From NCBI GenBank assembly GCA_964519505.1, contig CAZFJX010000003.1, positions 66,877-130,876 of the forward strand: a stretch of 64,000 nucleotides of DNA. The letters are read 5' to 3'. The position numbers and the translations under genes are program-made. Positions 29,387 to 39,771 of the stretch are shown here, in pieces. Source of the DNA: an uncultured Desulfurococcales archaeon (GTDB lineage: Archaea; Thermoproteota; Thermoprotei_A; Sulfolobales; CAZFJX01). The notes below the pieces were generated by a model that made no database searches, was not told the DNA's origin, and saw nothing but the letters and a program-made list of their open reading frames with translations. Every line of letters starts with the position of its first letter. Within the stretch, counting starts at the first letter, position 1.

Positions 29387-29459
29387 AATGATTACCTCTT
29401 AATAGCATGTTTAGGTTAATTAAAAATATTGTGTTTATACATTAACTGAAACATTAAAA

Positions 29460-31460
29460 TCAGGGTAAGAGACCTAGCTTCTCAAGTTCTTGAGCAACGT
29501 CAGCTAGCCCTAACTCTTCTAGCTTAGCTCTCGTAGGCCTACCTGTCTTCTTATCCCAACCTCTTAACTCGTAGTACTCTTCTAATTCTCTCTTAAATGC
29601 CGCCCAATCAATAACTGGGTGGAACTCATCTTTCTTAGCGGCTCCAGGTCCTTTAGTTAATGGTTCTGTAAACTCTCTTAATGGCAGAACATCACCTAAG
29701 CTTACATACTTCCCTATCAACTCAGGTGTTGGTGTTGTGTCTGGCAATGGCTCCACTAAACCTATGCCTGCTTCTCTAATATTATAACATCTCTCTAGGT
29801 TGTAGATACGTTCACCAGTTATCCATAGATCCTCGGTCTTCCAGTCCCATCCTGTTAATGCGTTAATCATGTCCTTCATGAGTGCTGACGTAAATGCCTT
29901 ACTCCTATAGAAGAAGAAGCACCCTACCATACTATCTATTATTGCTTTGGTGTCCTGTGATCTCCACGGCCATGGATCAGCACCCTCCATCTTAAGTGCG
30001 TACCTCCTCCACGGTTGTGAACCCTCTAAATGACAACCACCTCTATTGCCCGTAATGTACGTGAACCCTAGCCAGTAACCGTGGTACTTAGGTAACGTGT
30101 TCCTTGGGTGATGGGCAGCGAATTCGCCTCCTTTGCATTGATACGTAATCCTCCATACATCACTAATGCCTTTAATCTCTTCAATACGCTTAGCGATGTA
30201 CCTAACGCCCTTCGATATGAGCTCACCTAATGACTCACCAAACACGGTCATAGGCCCTTTCTTATAGGCTGTCCATACAGCTAGCTTAACGAATGTATCT
30301 ACATCACCCCAATCAATACTTACGCCGCCTAAGTCATCACTACTTAAGTAACCCTTCTTTAGACACTCAATTAAGAACCCTACTGTATTGCCGAATGAAA
30401 TGGCATCAATACTTAAGTCATCAACTAACCATGTTAAGTATAGGTGACCCTCAACATCACTAACGCCTATGTTAACACCTATCAATACGTTTAACTCGTA
30501 GTCTGGCCCCTCAAATATACAGGTATACTTACCTCCAAGCACCCTACCGTACTTCTTACAATGTAGTGGGCACTTATAGCACGCTACCGCCTGCCTAACC
30601 CAGTAGCCTTTTCTCTCGTACTGATAACCTGAAAGGGCAAAGGATATCTCATCATTAGTTCCTTCCCTGTAGTTAAAGCATGCGTTATCGCTGAATCCAT
30701 GACTAGCTGCGTAAGTCCAGTAAGTAGTGCCCCACCTAATGTTCTGTCCTGGCGCAGTCATCTCTAGCTTAAGTAAGTCGTTATAGAGCTTTTTGACGGC
30801 CTCAGGGTCAGCAACACTTACTTCACCAGTACCTCTTACTGCGATAGCTTTCAGGTTCTTACTACCCATCATAGCGCCTATACCATGCCTACCAGCAGTA
30901 TCTCCTATACCTCCGAAAGCACAACTAATAGATACTAGGTTCTCACCTGCGGGTCCAGTAACTAAAAGACCTGAGTACTCATCGACCTCCTCCTTAATCT
31001 TCATGATTGTTTTGTAAGCTCCGTAACCCCTTAAGGATTCAGCATTCCTTATCTCGACAGTACCGTCTTTCACGTATATATATGAGAGCTTACTAGCCTT
31101 ACCGGTAATGACCATCATGTCGTAACCAGCTTTCTTTAGCTCATCACTTATTGGTGAGAAAGCACCCATCCTACTGTAGGTTATCATCCCTGTGTGCGGT
31201 GATTTACCACCAACACACGATCTTGAGGCAGGTATTGGCGTTGCGTTTATGGGTCCTGCTGCAACAATGAACGGCGCATCAGGCGATAATGGGTTAAGGC
31301 CCTTCTCAGTCTTGTACCACATGTACCACGCTATAAGCCCTCTACCACCAAAGAATTTCTTAATGACCTCCTCAGGTAGCTCCTCGACCCAGTGCTTCTC
31401 GTTAGTTAAGTCTATGAACAGAATTTTACCTGTGTATGCGTAGAGGGGCATGGCTATCAC
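29460..31460 (-). CDS. aor: Aldehyde ferredoxin oxidoreductase family (W-pterin) catalytic subunit
   Basis: KSPHTG, GPAGENL, AGRHGIGAMMGSKNLKAI, CxxCxxxC, EGPDYE, RGGCHL, YYELRGWD. Confidence 0.9.
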   Translation of the reverse strand: MIAMPLYAYTGKILFIDLTNEKHWVEELPEEVIKKFFGGRGLIAWYMWYKTEKGLNPLSPDAPFIVAAGPINATPIPASRSCVGGKSPHTGMITYSRMGAFSPISDELKKAGYDMMVITGKASKLSYIYVKDGTVEIRNAESLRGYGAYKTIMKIKEEVDEYSGLLVTGPAGENLVSISCAFGGIGDTAGRHGIGAMMGSKNLKAIAVRGTGEVSVADPEAVKKLYNDLLKLEMTAPGQNIRWGTTYWTYAASHGFSDNACFNYREGTNDEISFALSGYQYERKGYWVRQAVACYKCPLHCKKYGRVLGGKYTCIFEGPDYELNVLIGVNIGVSDVEGHLYLTWLVDDLSIDAISFGNTVGFLIECLKKGYLSSDDLGGVSIDWGDVDTFVKLAVWTAYKKGPMTVFGESLGELISKGVRYIAKRIEEIKGISDVWRITYQCKGGEFAAHHPRNTLPKYHGYWLGFTYITGNRGGCHLEGSQPWRRYALKMEGADPWPWRSQDTKAIIDSMVGCFFFYRSKAFTSALMKDMINALTGWDWKTEDLWITGERIYNLERCYNIREAGIGLVEPLPDTTPTPELIGKYVSLGDVLPLREFTEPLTKGPGAAKKDEFHPVIDWAAFKRELEEYYELRGWDKKTGRPTRAKLEELGLADVAQELEKLGLLP

Positions 31461-32308
31461 CCAATACCGAATTCTTTAGCTTTCTCAGGTGTCCAGAAGC
31501 CATACTTACTTTCTAACTCCTTAACATCCTCAACACCGAAGTACTTCTTAAGTAGGTCCTTAGCTATCTCCTCAGGTTTCTTAGCTAATGCCTGCTCAAA
31601 TGTAAGTATCTTAGACCAAGCCTCTAAAGCACCTGTTGGACAGATATTAACGCATAGTGAGCATTTATTGCATGTCATGGGTAAACCAGTATCTGGATGT
31701 GGGGCTAGAGCACCTGCTGGGCATGCATCGAAGCATGCCCCACACTTAGTGCACTTAGTTTCATCTAGAACTATGGCACCTGTCTTTGAGTCGTAGCTTA
31801 ATGCACCTGTCGGGCATACCTTAATACATGCTTTATCGGCACATGGTATACATACGGTGGGCACAACTATTAAACCGCCGAAGAACTCTTTAATTCTAAT
31901 CCTCGAATATGCAGGGTCAGTCTTTCCTTCCCAAGTTAATGCGCAAACTAACTCACATAACCTACAACCAGCACATAGCTCTGGTTTAGGGGCTATTACC
32001 TTAGCGACCTTAAGTTCAGGTGTAGGCACTTCTTTAACTACGGGCTTCTCAACAGTAACTACAGGAGGTGCTGGAGGGGTTACGGTCTCTGTAACCGTGG
32101 CTGTTTCAGTTTTGGTTACTTCAGTGGTTACCGTTGATGTCGTAGCTGACGTAACTGTTTTAGTCACTACCTCAGCAGGTTTAGCCGCATACCCAGCGAC
32201 TGCGCCAACAACCAAGCCTATGGCTCCAGTCGCTATCATCTTTAAAACTTCTCTACGAGATACAGGTTTTTCCTTCTCAGATTCTTCACTCATAGAACCA
32301 CACCACAT
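31457..32308 (-). CDS. 4Fe-4S polyferredoxin subunit with twin-arginine signal peptide
   Basis: SRREVLK plus hydrophobic helix, Thr-rich linker, four Cys-cluster motifs. Confidence 0.88.
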   Translation of the reverse strand: MWCGSMSEESEKEKPVSRREVLKMIATGAIGLVVGAVAGYAAKPAEVVTKTVTSATTSTVTTEVTKTETATVTETVTPPAPPVVTVEKPVVKEVPTPELKVAKVIAPKPELCAGCRLCELVCALTWEGKTDPAYSRIRIKEFFGGLIVVPTVCIPCADKACIKVCPTGALSYDSKTGAIVLDETKCTKCGACFDACPAGALAPHPDTGLPMTCNKCSLCVNICPTGALEAWSKILTFEQALAKKPEEIAKDLLKKYFGVEDVKELESKYGFWTPEKAKEFGIG

Positions 32309-32426
32309 GAAAAAGCCTTACTAGGAAACTCTTATATCTTAATGAAAGAGACCAACTGGTTAAATTCACATGCATGCATTAAAATACTTAAGATGAATTA
32401 GTGTTCTTACAGGTATTTAAAGATGC

Positions 32427-33275
32427 TTACTTTCTTAATAGCGATGGCGTGAAGTATCTCTTGCCTTTCTTCTCTTTAAGCATGTCCCACTCATAAAGTA
32501 TCTTTACTGCCTCATTGGCTACTTTAATCGCGTCCTCAACACCTATACCGGGTATGAATTCATCCGTTACTCTATTGGCTATGGCGGCACATACAGCGCC
32601 AGCTCTAACCCCGTAGATATTAGCCAATGTGAATAATGTTGCCGCCTCCATCTCGAAATTAAGTACGTTTATGCTTCTTAACTCATTAACGATCCCCTTA
32701 TAGCGCTCAGGTAGATAGTTCTTGAAGCCTGGTCTTCCTTGACCTATGTAGAAGCTATCACTACTTGCTGTAATTCCTACGTGATACCTAATACCTAACT
32801 GTTCGGCTGCTTCGATGAGAGCTAAAACAACCTCGTAATGAGCTACGGCAGGGTATGCTAAGTCAACATAAATTCTGCTGGTCCCATCAAATCTAACCGC
32901 TGCAGTCGATATTATGAGATCCCCTAACTTTATGTACTCCTGGAGAGAGCCTGTTGTACCTACTCTAATAAATGTGTGAGCACCAACCCTAAGTAGTTCC
33001 TCAATAGCTATAGCTGTTGCAGGCCCCCCAATACCTGTTGATGTTGCTGATATGGGGACGCCCTTATACTTACCAGTATGAGTTACATACTCTCTATGAA
33101 CCGCAACAACCTTAAACTCATCCCAGTATTTAGAGATCTTAGGCACTCTACCCGGGTCTCCCGGAAGTAATACGTAAGGTGCTACATCGCCTGGCTTTAC
33201 ATCTATATGGTATTGCTTACCCTCCTTAGTTTCAGGTATTGCTGCTGACTTAAGCTTCTCCTGCATGATAAACAC
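32427..33275 (-). CDS. udp: Nucleoside (uridine) phosphorylase, NP-I family
   Basis: QYHI, LLPGDPGRV, STGIGGP, IRVGTTG, NFEME. Confidence 0.88.
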   Translation of the reverse strand: MFIMQEKLKSAAIPETKEGKQYHIDVKPGDVAPYVLLPGDPGRVPKISKYWDEFKVVAVHREYVTHTGKYKGVPISATSTGIGGPATAIAIEELLRVGAHTFIRVGTTGSLQEYIKLGDLIISTAAVRFDGTSRIYVDLAYPAVAHYEVVLALIEAAEQLGIRYHVGITASSDSFYIGQGRPGFKNYLPERYKGIVNELRSINVLNFEMEAATLFTLANIYGVRAGAVCAAIANRVTDEFIPGIGVEDAIKVANEAVKILYEWDMLKEKKGKRYFTPSLLRK

Positions 33276-33438
33276 CCTTTAACATGTAAGCTTATCGTGA
33301 CTAAGGTTTTAAGGTTTAATGACTCGGTTAATTAGTAAGTAATACATAGCTATGTACCTATCTATATATGAACAGTAAATGCTTAACTTAATTAACTTCC
33401 AAACATTATCTTATATATTAAAGAGGGGTGTTTTACCG

Positions 33439-34395
33439 ATGTGCGGCCAGAGACTCTTAAAAGCTATAGGCTCTACTGAAGCCTCTATAGAATTGCTTAA
33501 TTACTTAAAGAGTGAGTCGTTGAGGACCCGTAACTTAAGTGAGTTATCCGGTACTTTAAGGAGGTTAGTACCTGAGATAATGTCTTTAAGGCCTTCATCG
33601 GCTTTCTTAGAAAATACGTTAAGGGAGCTCTTAATCATGTTGACTGAACGTAAAGTTAAGGATGTTGAGGAAGGTAAGGAATGCGTTGCTAAGTTTATAG
33701 ATGAGGTCATTAATAGAGCTAAGAGAATATCTAATGAGGTAGCCATTATAGGCTCTAAAAGGATAGCTGATGAAGATGTGATACTTACGCACTCATACAG
33801 TACTACGGTGATAAATCTGTTGCTTAGGGCTAAGAACGAGGGCAAGAGGATTCACGTATATGTTACCGAATCAAGACCCGGAGGTGAGGGCTTAACTACT
33901 GCTGAGATCCTTAGTAAGAACGGCGTACCAGTAACCCTCATAGTTGATTCAGCTGTTAGGTACGTGATGAAAGATATAGATAAAGTTGTTGTGGGTGCTG
34001 AAGCCATAGCTGTTAATGGTGCGGTAGTTAATAAGGTAGGTACTTCGGCACTTGCCTTAGTCGCTAAGGAAGCTAGAGTACGTGTGTATGTAGCTAGTGG
34101 TACATACAAATTTAAGCCTGAAACAGTCTTTGGGGAATTAGTCAGGGGTACGATAATAACTGAGCCCAATGAAGTATTACCACCGCAAGCTGATGATGAG
34201 TTAAAGAAGAGGATTAAGGTATTAGCACCACTATTTGATGTGACACCACCTGAGTATATAGATGCCATAATAACTGAGAAAGGCTTAATAGCCCCTCAAG
34301 CAGTACCCGTACTTATTAGGGAGATCTTTTCATGGCCTCCCCAAGTCCCCTCGCTAGATGAGTTACTTAAGAAGTTAGGTGGGATGTATGGTTAA
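33439..34395 (+). CDS. eIF2B alpha/beta/delta-family protein (R15Pi paralog lacking the catalytic Cys/Asp)
   Basis: THSYS, TESRPG, VVVGAE, VNKVGT, FDVTPP. Confidence 0.8.
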   Translation: MCGQRLLKAIGSTEASIELLNYLKSESLRTRNLSELSGTLRRLVPEIMSLRPSSAFLENTLRELLIMLTERKVKDVEEGKECVAKFIDEVINRAKRISNEVAIIGSKRIADEDVILTHSYSTTVINLLLRAKNEGKRIHVYVTESRPGGEGLTTAEILSKNGVPVTLIVDSAVRYVMKDIDKVVVGAEAIAVNGAVVNKVGTSALALVAKEARVRVYVASGTYKFKPETVFGELVRGTIITEPNEVLPPQADDELKKRIKVLAPLFDVTPPEYIDAIITEKGLIAPQAVPVLIREIFSWPPQVPSLDELLKKLGGMYG

Positions 34396-35395
34396 ATATG
34401 TGTTACCTAAGAAAGTTGCGGAGATTAGAGAGAGTATTAGGTCTATGGTTATAAGGGGTGCTGGTAAGATAGCACGCTCTGCTGTTAAGGCATTAATGAT
34501 TGCTGCTGAGAGCTATAGAGGGACTGATGTTAAGGATTTTGTTAGTTACATGGACTACGTAGCTAACTACTTAATTACCTCAAGACCTACGGCCGTCTCC
34601 CTACCTAATGCAGTCTCATACGTCATCTCAAGGCTTAAGAGAGCGCCCATATCAAGTGTTGATGAGGGTAAGGAACTGGTTCTTAAGGTTGGTTCTGAAT
34701 TCATAGACTACTCCTTAAAGGCTGTTAAGATAATTGGTGAGTTAGGTGCTAAGAGAATTGAGAACGGTGATGTCATACTTACTCACTGCCATAGCACTGC
34801 GGCTGTTTCAGTAATAGTCACCGCCCATAAGCAAGGCAAGGTAAATAAGGTTTATGTTAAGGAAACACGCCCTAAGTATCAAGGGTTAATTACGGCTAAG
34901 GAGTTAGCTAAGGAGGGTATTGAGGTCATATACATACCTGACTCAGCAGTTAGGTATGTAATGAAGGACGTTGATAAAGTAGTGATAGGTGCGGATACCG
35001 TGGCTGCTAACGGTGCTGTAGTCAATAAGATAGGTACTTCCGTAGTCGCACTTGTCGCTAAGGAGGCTAGGGTGCGTGTATACGTAGCTACGGAGACATA
35101 CAAGTTTAGCCCAAGGACAGTAATCGGTGAATTAGTTCCTATAGAAGTTAGGGACCCTACAGAAGTGGTTGATGAGGAATTTATCAAGAGAAACCCGAAC
35201 GTAAAAATCTACAACCCGTCATTTGATGTAACACCACCTGAATATATTGATGCAATAATAACAGAGAAGGGGGTTATACCGCCACACGCGGCTATCTTGT
35301 TACTTGAGAGTGAATATGGATGGGTACTTACTGAATACTTAAAGGTACTTGAGGAAACTATTGAGTGCGACGCCGATCACTTACCTTATCCGTAA
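34388..35395 (+). CDS. Ribose-1,5-bisphosphate isomerase
   Basis: IRGAGKIA, RPTAVSLPNA, THCHS, ETRP, GAD, NPSFDVTP. Confidence 0.88.
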   Translation: MVKYVLPKKVAEIRESIRSMVIRGAGKIARSAVKALMIAAESYRGTDVKDFVSYMDYVANYLITSRPTAVSLPNAVSYVISRLKRAPISSVDEGKELVLKVGSEFIDYSLKAVKIIGELGAKRIENGDVILTHCHSTAAVSVIVTAHKQGKVNKVYVKETRPKYQGLITAKELAKEGIEVIYIPDSAVRYVMKDVDKVVIGADTVAANGAVVNKIGTSVVALVAKEARVRVYVATETYKFSPRTVIGELVPIEVRDPTEVVDEEFIKRNPNVKIYNPSFDVTPPEYIDAIITEKGVIPPHAAILLLESEYGWVLTEYLKVLEETIECDADHLPYP

Positions 35396-36172
35396 ATCAA
35401 TCCCTAACTCCTTAATTGTTTTCAATAAGCAATCCCTTATTTTATCCTTAGGAACACCTTCAGGGCACTTACTTATCGTGAACTCCGCCTTACCCTTAAT
35501 AAATTCAATCAATGTAGCTGGCTCAGCCCTAACTTGGTTTTCATAAAGAATGCATCTAGGCCCCGCATATCTGAAGAGCTTGGGATGTACCTTAAGTAAC
35601 TCGCTCCATAAGCTCCAGGCAATCCTCCTTATCTCCCATTGAGCTCTTGAACACATCCTTAGACTTAAGAAGTGTAGTATCTCCCTAGCATTCATAGTGA
35701 CTAATATCTTAGTATGAACACCTTGAGGTAATATGTACCTAGCGTCCTCAGGAGGTACTCCTGCTTTTATGAACTCCATGTACAGCTCGTAAGCCTTATT
35801 AACGAACTCATTAAATAGCTTAAGTAACTCTTCATCCTTACGTATTGATGGTGGTGTGATCACCTTATACTCCTTCACCACCTTAAACCTTTGCGATAGC
35901 TGTGAGTAACTAGCTATCCTATGCCTAACTAGTTGGTGACTACATACCCTAGAGCACTTGACCTCGAATGTATACACTGAGTGCTCCCATGGGCTGAAAT
36001 GACCTCTTTTAAAGGTCTCCTTAACCCATGTATCTACCTCATCATCACCCATTGAGGACGCTATTATATCGAAGTCCTTCCTAGATAGAGTCCTCTTAGC
36101 GGCTGCAGCAACTAACTTCTCACCATCCTTAGTGTAGTTAACCATGCTTACAGATACCAAGCAATCACCCAC
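35381..36172 (-). CDS. thyX: FAD-dependent thymidylate synthase
   Basis: GHFSPWEH, SHQLVRHRIASYSQLSQR, EDARYILP, AQWEIR. Confidence 0.95.
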   Translation of the reverse strand: MGDCLVSVSMVNYTKDGEKLVAAAAKRTLSRKDFDIIASSMGDDEVDTWVKETFKRGHFSPWEHSVYTFEVKCSRVCSHQLVRHRIASYSQLSQRFKVVKEYKVITPPSIRKDEELLKLFNEFVNKAYELYMEFIKAGVPPEDARYILPQGVHTKILVTMNAREILHFLSLRMCSRAQWEIRRIAWSLWSELLKVHPKLFRYAGPRCILYENQVRAEPATLIEFIKGKAEFTISKCPEGVPKDKIRDCLLKTIKELGIDLRIR

Positions 36173-36265
36173 ACTATATCTTGCTAGGGAATACCTTAAA
36201 ACGTGTAAAGAGCATCATCAGGTTTAAGGTTATTATGGAAGTAACGATAGTAATTATGGAGCTAG

Positions 36266-36609
<344 letters not shown>

Positions 36610-36661
36610 ACCCCAGTTAAATTATAATTCCTTTCTTAACATAACTAGTTACGGAGTAGTA

Positions 36662-36739
36662 GGGCCCGTGGCCTAGCCTGGATAAGGCGCCGGCCTGCGG
36701 AGCCGGAGATCCCGGGTTCAAATCCCGGCGGGCCCGCCA
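36662..36739 (+). tRNA. tRNA-Arg(GCG), CCA encoded
   Basis: GGGCCCG/CGGGCCC acceptor stem, CCGGC-CT-GCG-GA-GCCGG, GGTTCAAATCC. Confidence 0.96.
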
Positions 36740-36868
36740 CATGAATACCTCATACAGGCTTTCCTTCCCTTCCCTTCTCCAAATACACGATGTATTTCAT
36801 ATAGTAGTCCTGTTTACGTAGTATATGTTTATATAGTCATGTATTAGTAGTATATAATGGTGTTTTAC

Positions 36869-37096
36869 TTGAGTTGGGTTACGGTGTCTGCTAAGATTAG
36901 GAGGGATCTATACGAGAAGTTAAGGAGGTATGGTATATCTGTAAGTGAAGTTATTAGAAGGGCTTTAGAGGAGGAGGTTAGGAGAAGGGAAGAGCAGGAG
37001 GTTAGAAATGCCTTAGAATGTGCGCAAGAGATCTTAAGGAAGATACCTCCAGAGGAGATTGTGTCTGTAGTAAGAAGTAGTCGTGAGGAGAGATGA
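36869..37096 (+). CDS. vapB: VapB-type (RHH) antitoxin
   Basis: VTVSAKIRRDLYEKL...VSEVIRRALEEEV; overlaps the PIN gene by 4 nt. Confidence 0.85.
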   Translation: MSWVTVSAKIRRDLYEKLRRYGISVSEVIRRALEEEVRRREEQEVRNALECAQEILRKIPPEEIVSVVRSSREER

Positions 37097-37542
37097 GTGC
37101 ATTATTAGACGCTTCAGCACTACTCAATATCGTAAGGTCTCTTGGACGTGACTCTCTAGACTACATTAGAGGGTGCTACGAACTTACGCTCACACCTTAT
37201 GAAATAGGTAATGCCGTATGGAAGGAGGCCACCTTACTAAAGAGACTAACCATAAATGAGGCATTAACGCTGCTGAATCTAATCTCATTAATTCACCGAT
37301 ACCTAAACATGGTCTATCCGCAGAATGTTTCAGCCGTACTGAGACTTGCGTTCAGGCTTAAAATAACGTACTATGACGCCTCATACGTGGTTGAGTCAAG
37401 CGAGCTTAACGTACCTTTAATAACTGATGATACTTCACTCAGAAATAGAATTAAGTCACACAGGAATGTCATTAAACAAATACTTGGTAAGGAGGTTAAT
37501 GTACTATCAAGTGATGAATACATCACTTATGAATGTACTTAA
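37093..37542 (+). CDS. vapC: VapC PIN-domain toxin
   Basis: LLDASAL, YEIGNAVWK, ITYYDASY, LITDD. Confidence 0.9.
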   Translation: MSALLDASALLNIVRSLGRDSLDYIRGCYELTLTPYEIGNAVWKEATLLKRLTINEALTLLNLISLIHRYLNMVYPQNVSAVLRLAFRLKITYYDASYVVESSELNVPLITDDTSLRNRIKSHRNVIKQILGKEVNVLSSDEYITYECT

Positions 37543-37609
37543 GTCGTTAGGTATTTAGCATCTTAATCTTTTATCTATTAAGCTTTAGATTATTAACGGG
37601 TCTATCACA

Positions 37610-38554
37610 GTGCTTAGGAGGTGCTCCTCATTAACTATTGATTTTAATAAGTACGGCATCGATCTTATGTTAACTCTAGGTACTTATAACTTCAACTTTT
37701 GGTTTGACGGCCATGTAGGCTATGTTCAGTTGAGTGCCGAACCTTTAGTGATTGCTGAGGTCCATACCGATGGCTCAGTAAATATTTGGGGTGAGTCATG
37801 CGATAAGGGCTACATCCCTCCTCTTATTAATGCCTTAGGTCTTAAGGAAGATCTCGGCGAGTTCTTTGATATAGCTTCTAAGGATCCTTTATTAAAAGGT
37901 TTTAGTGAGTGTTGCCGTGGTTGGAGGTTAAGGTCGTCGAGTCTTTGGTGGTCTTTAGTTGTGGGTATCTGTCAGCAGAACGCTAGCTTTAGGCAGGGTT
38001 GGGGTATGCTCTTTAAGTTGATCAAGAACTTCCGTAAGTACGTACGTATAGGCAATCGCTTAATCCCTCTACTACCATTACCTAAGGACGTAATTAGGTA
38101 CGAGAACCTACTTAGGTCATCAGGTTTAGGCTATAGGTCGGAGACTGTAATTAACGTTGCTAAAGCCTTCATTAGGGGTGACTTAAGTGATGACCTACCC
38201 ATGAGGCTAAGTCTTAAAGAGCTTGAGTACGTACTCATGAACATTAAAGGTGTTGGTCATTATACGGCTAGGTTAGCTATAGCGTTAAGTAGTAGGAGGT
38301 ATGAGTTACCACCCATAGACAGGTGGTTAAGGGCTTTAGCATCATTAGCTTACGGGATTAGTGAAAGAGAGGTAGAGGGTTACTGGGTAAGTAGGTGGGG
38401 AAGGTGGTCGGCACTAGCTGCTATCGCTACAACAATAGCCCTAGATGCCGAGCCTTTAAGGAGGGCGTTAAGAAGGATTAGGGAAGGATTAATTACGCCT
38501 ATGGTTACTGATAAGCCATCACCAACGAATATGTGGAGATTTAAAGAACTATAG
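37610..38554 (+). CDS. HhH-GPD DNA glycosylase (AlkA/Ogg-like)
   Basis: ICQQNAS, GLGYR, IKGVGHYTA, PPIDRW. Confidence 0.82.
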   Translation: MLRRCSSLTIDFNKYGIDLMLTLGTYNFNFWFDGHVGYVQLSAEPLVIAEVHTDGSVNIWGESCDKGYIPPLINALGLKEDLGEFFDIASKDPLLKGFSECCRGWRLRSSSLWWSLVVGICQQNASFRQGWGMLFKLIKNFRKYVRIGNRLIPLLPLPKDVIRYENLLRSSGLGYRSETVINVAKAFIRGDLSDDLPMRLSLKELEYVLMNIKGVGHYTARLAIALSSRRYELPPIDRWLRALASLAYGISEREVEGYWVSRWGRWSALAAIATTIALDAEPLRRALRRIREGLITPMVTDKPSPTNMWRFKEL

Positions 38555-38555
38555 A

Positions 38556-38624
38556 ACGGCTCAGGCGGGTCCCGCAGTCATTCAAGGCCCTACGGCCCTG
38601 TCCTGCGGGGTCGCGGGCTCCCGT
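38556..38624 (-). ncRNA. H/ACA-like pseudouridylation guide RNA with K-turn (no ACA box)
   Basis: CCCGCAG-GA-CAGGGCC-GTAG-GGCCTTG-AAT-GA-CTGCGGG K-turn hairpin, internal pocket, ACGG/CCGT basal stem, TTTAAG box upstream. Confidence 0.65.
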
Positions 38625-38678
38625 AAGCACTCTCTGTTAGGGATCTCTTAAACCTTAAAGGTATTTGCTGATTTAGCT

Positions 38679-39716
38679 TCACCTTAACGTTAGCGCTATG
38701 GGGATTGAGGCTATTGAGAGTATAGCCCCATATAACCCAATAACTAATGCTACCTCCCTTAGCGTCTCTGGGTAGGGCTTACCTAACAATGCAGTTACTG
38801 GCTTAACTATCAATTTGGCTATGCCTTTAGGTAATGGTATCATGAATGGGGTTTTCTTACGGTAATTCACGTATGTCTCACCATGCTCCTTAACCATCCT
38901 TGCCTCCTCCCATAAAGCTATAGCTATCACTATTAAGGCAGTTATTAGCTAAGGGGTTGTCGGTGTTGGTAAGGTAATGCCTCTCGGGGGCCATAGCCAT
39001 AGAGGTGATAGGGTCATGCCGTAACTCCAGAGTAGAAAGCCTAGGTATTGTGGGTGCCTACAGAACCTATATGCCCAGAAGTCTATGAGTTCAACACCCT
39101 TAAACCTCCCGTAAAGCCATGTGGCAGTACCGAAGGTGAAGAAGAATATCCCTAAGGTCATTGATGTAAGAGCTATCAGTCCAGCAGGGCTCGATAGGAG
39201 TTCCTGAAGACCTATTGGGAGTCCGTAAAAGAGTGATGATTCAGTAATGCGGTCCGTGATGTAGGTAAGTATGGGCGATAAAGCTATGTACGGTATGAGC
39301 ACTACGTGCCCTAACTTGAGTAGGAGTGGGTTTATGTCTAGTAATGGTAGCCATAAAGCCCTAATAATACCTATACCAGCAATCCACACCATAGATACAG
39401 CATAGTACCCGAAGGTAGGTAGGTAAAACGCTAGGGACCCGACCATAGCTAGGGACTTCCTCTTAAGTAGCAACCCAATAACTATTAACGCAGTAACTAA
39501 TGCGAAAGAGAAGTAAGCTATGGGTCTCAGTAAATTAATGACTTCGTAAGGATTAAGGAATTCCGCCAGTTCACTACCCGATGAACTTATCTGTACCGTT
39601 ATTAAATAATTATCAATTAACCTAGGTGAACCGATGACAGCTTATATAAAACATATACAAACATATAAAGAGGCGAACCCAAGTAAGTTGAGCAGGAATT
39701 CTTGAGTTAACGGCAT
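38679..39716 (-). pseudogene. Isoprenylcysteine carboxyl methyltransferase/PEMT-family membrane protein, disrupted
   Basis: YRFCRHPQYLG, ALWEE...YRKKTPF. In-frame TAG at 38951-38949 splits the ORF; the 5' part is also interrupted. Confidence 0.7.
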
Positions 39717-39771
39717 GAAGGTAATTTCATAGCGATTAGTGATGCAGGCTTGGTTTAATACTGATTTGTTT

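Noticed and set aside
38562-38577. Resemblance to the tRNA-Arg 3' end (possible att site)
   Set aside because: Short, gapped GC-rich match; better explained by the K-turn RNA on the minus strand.
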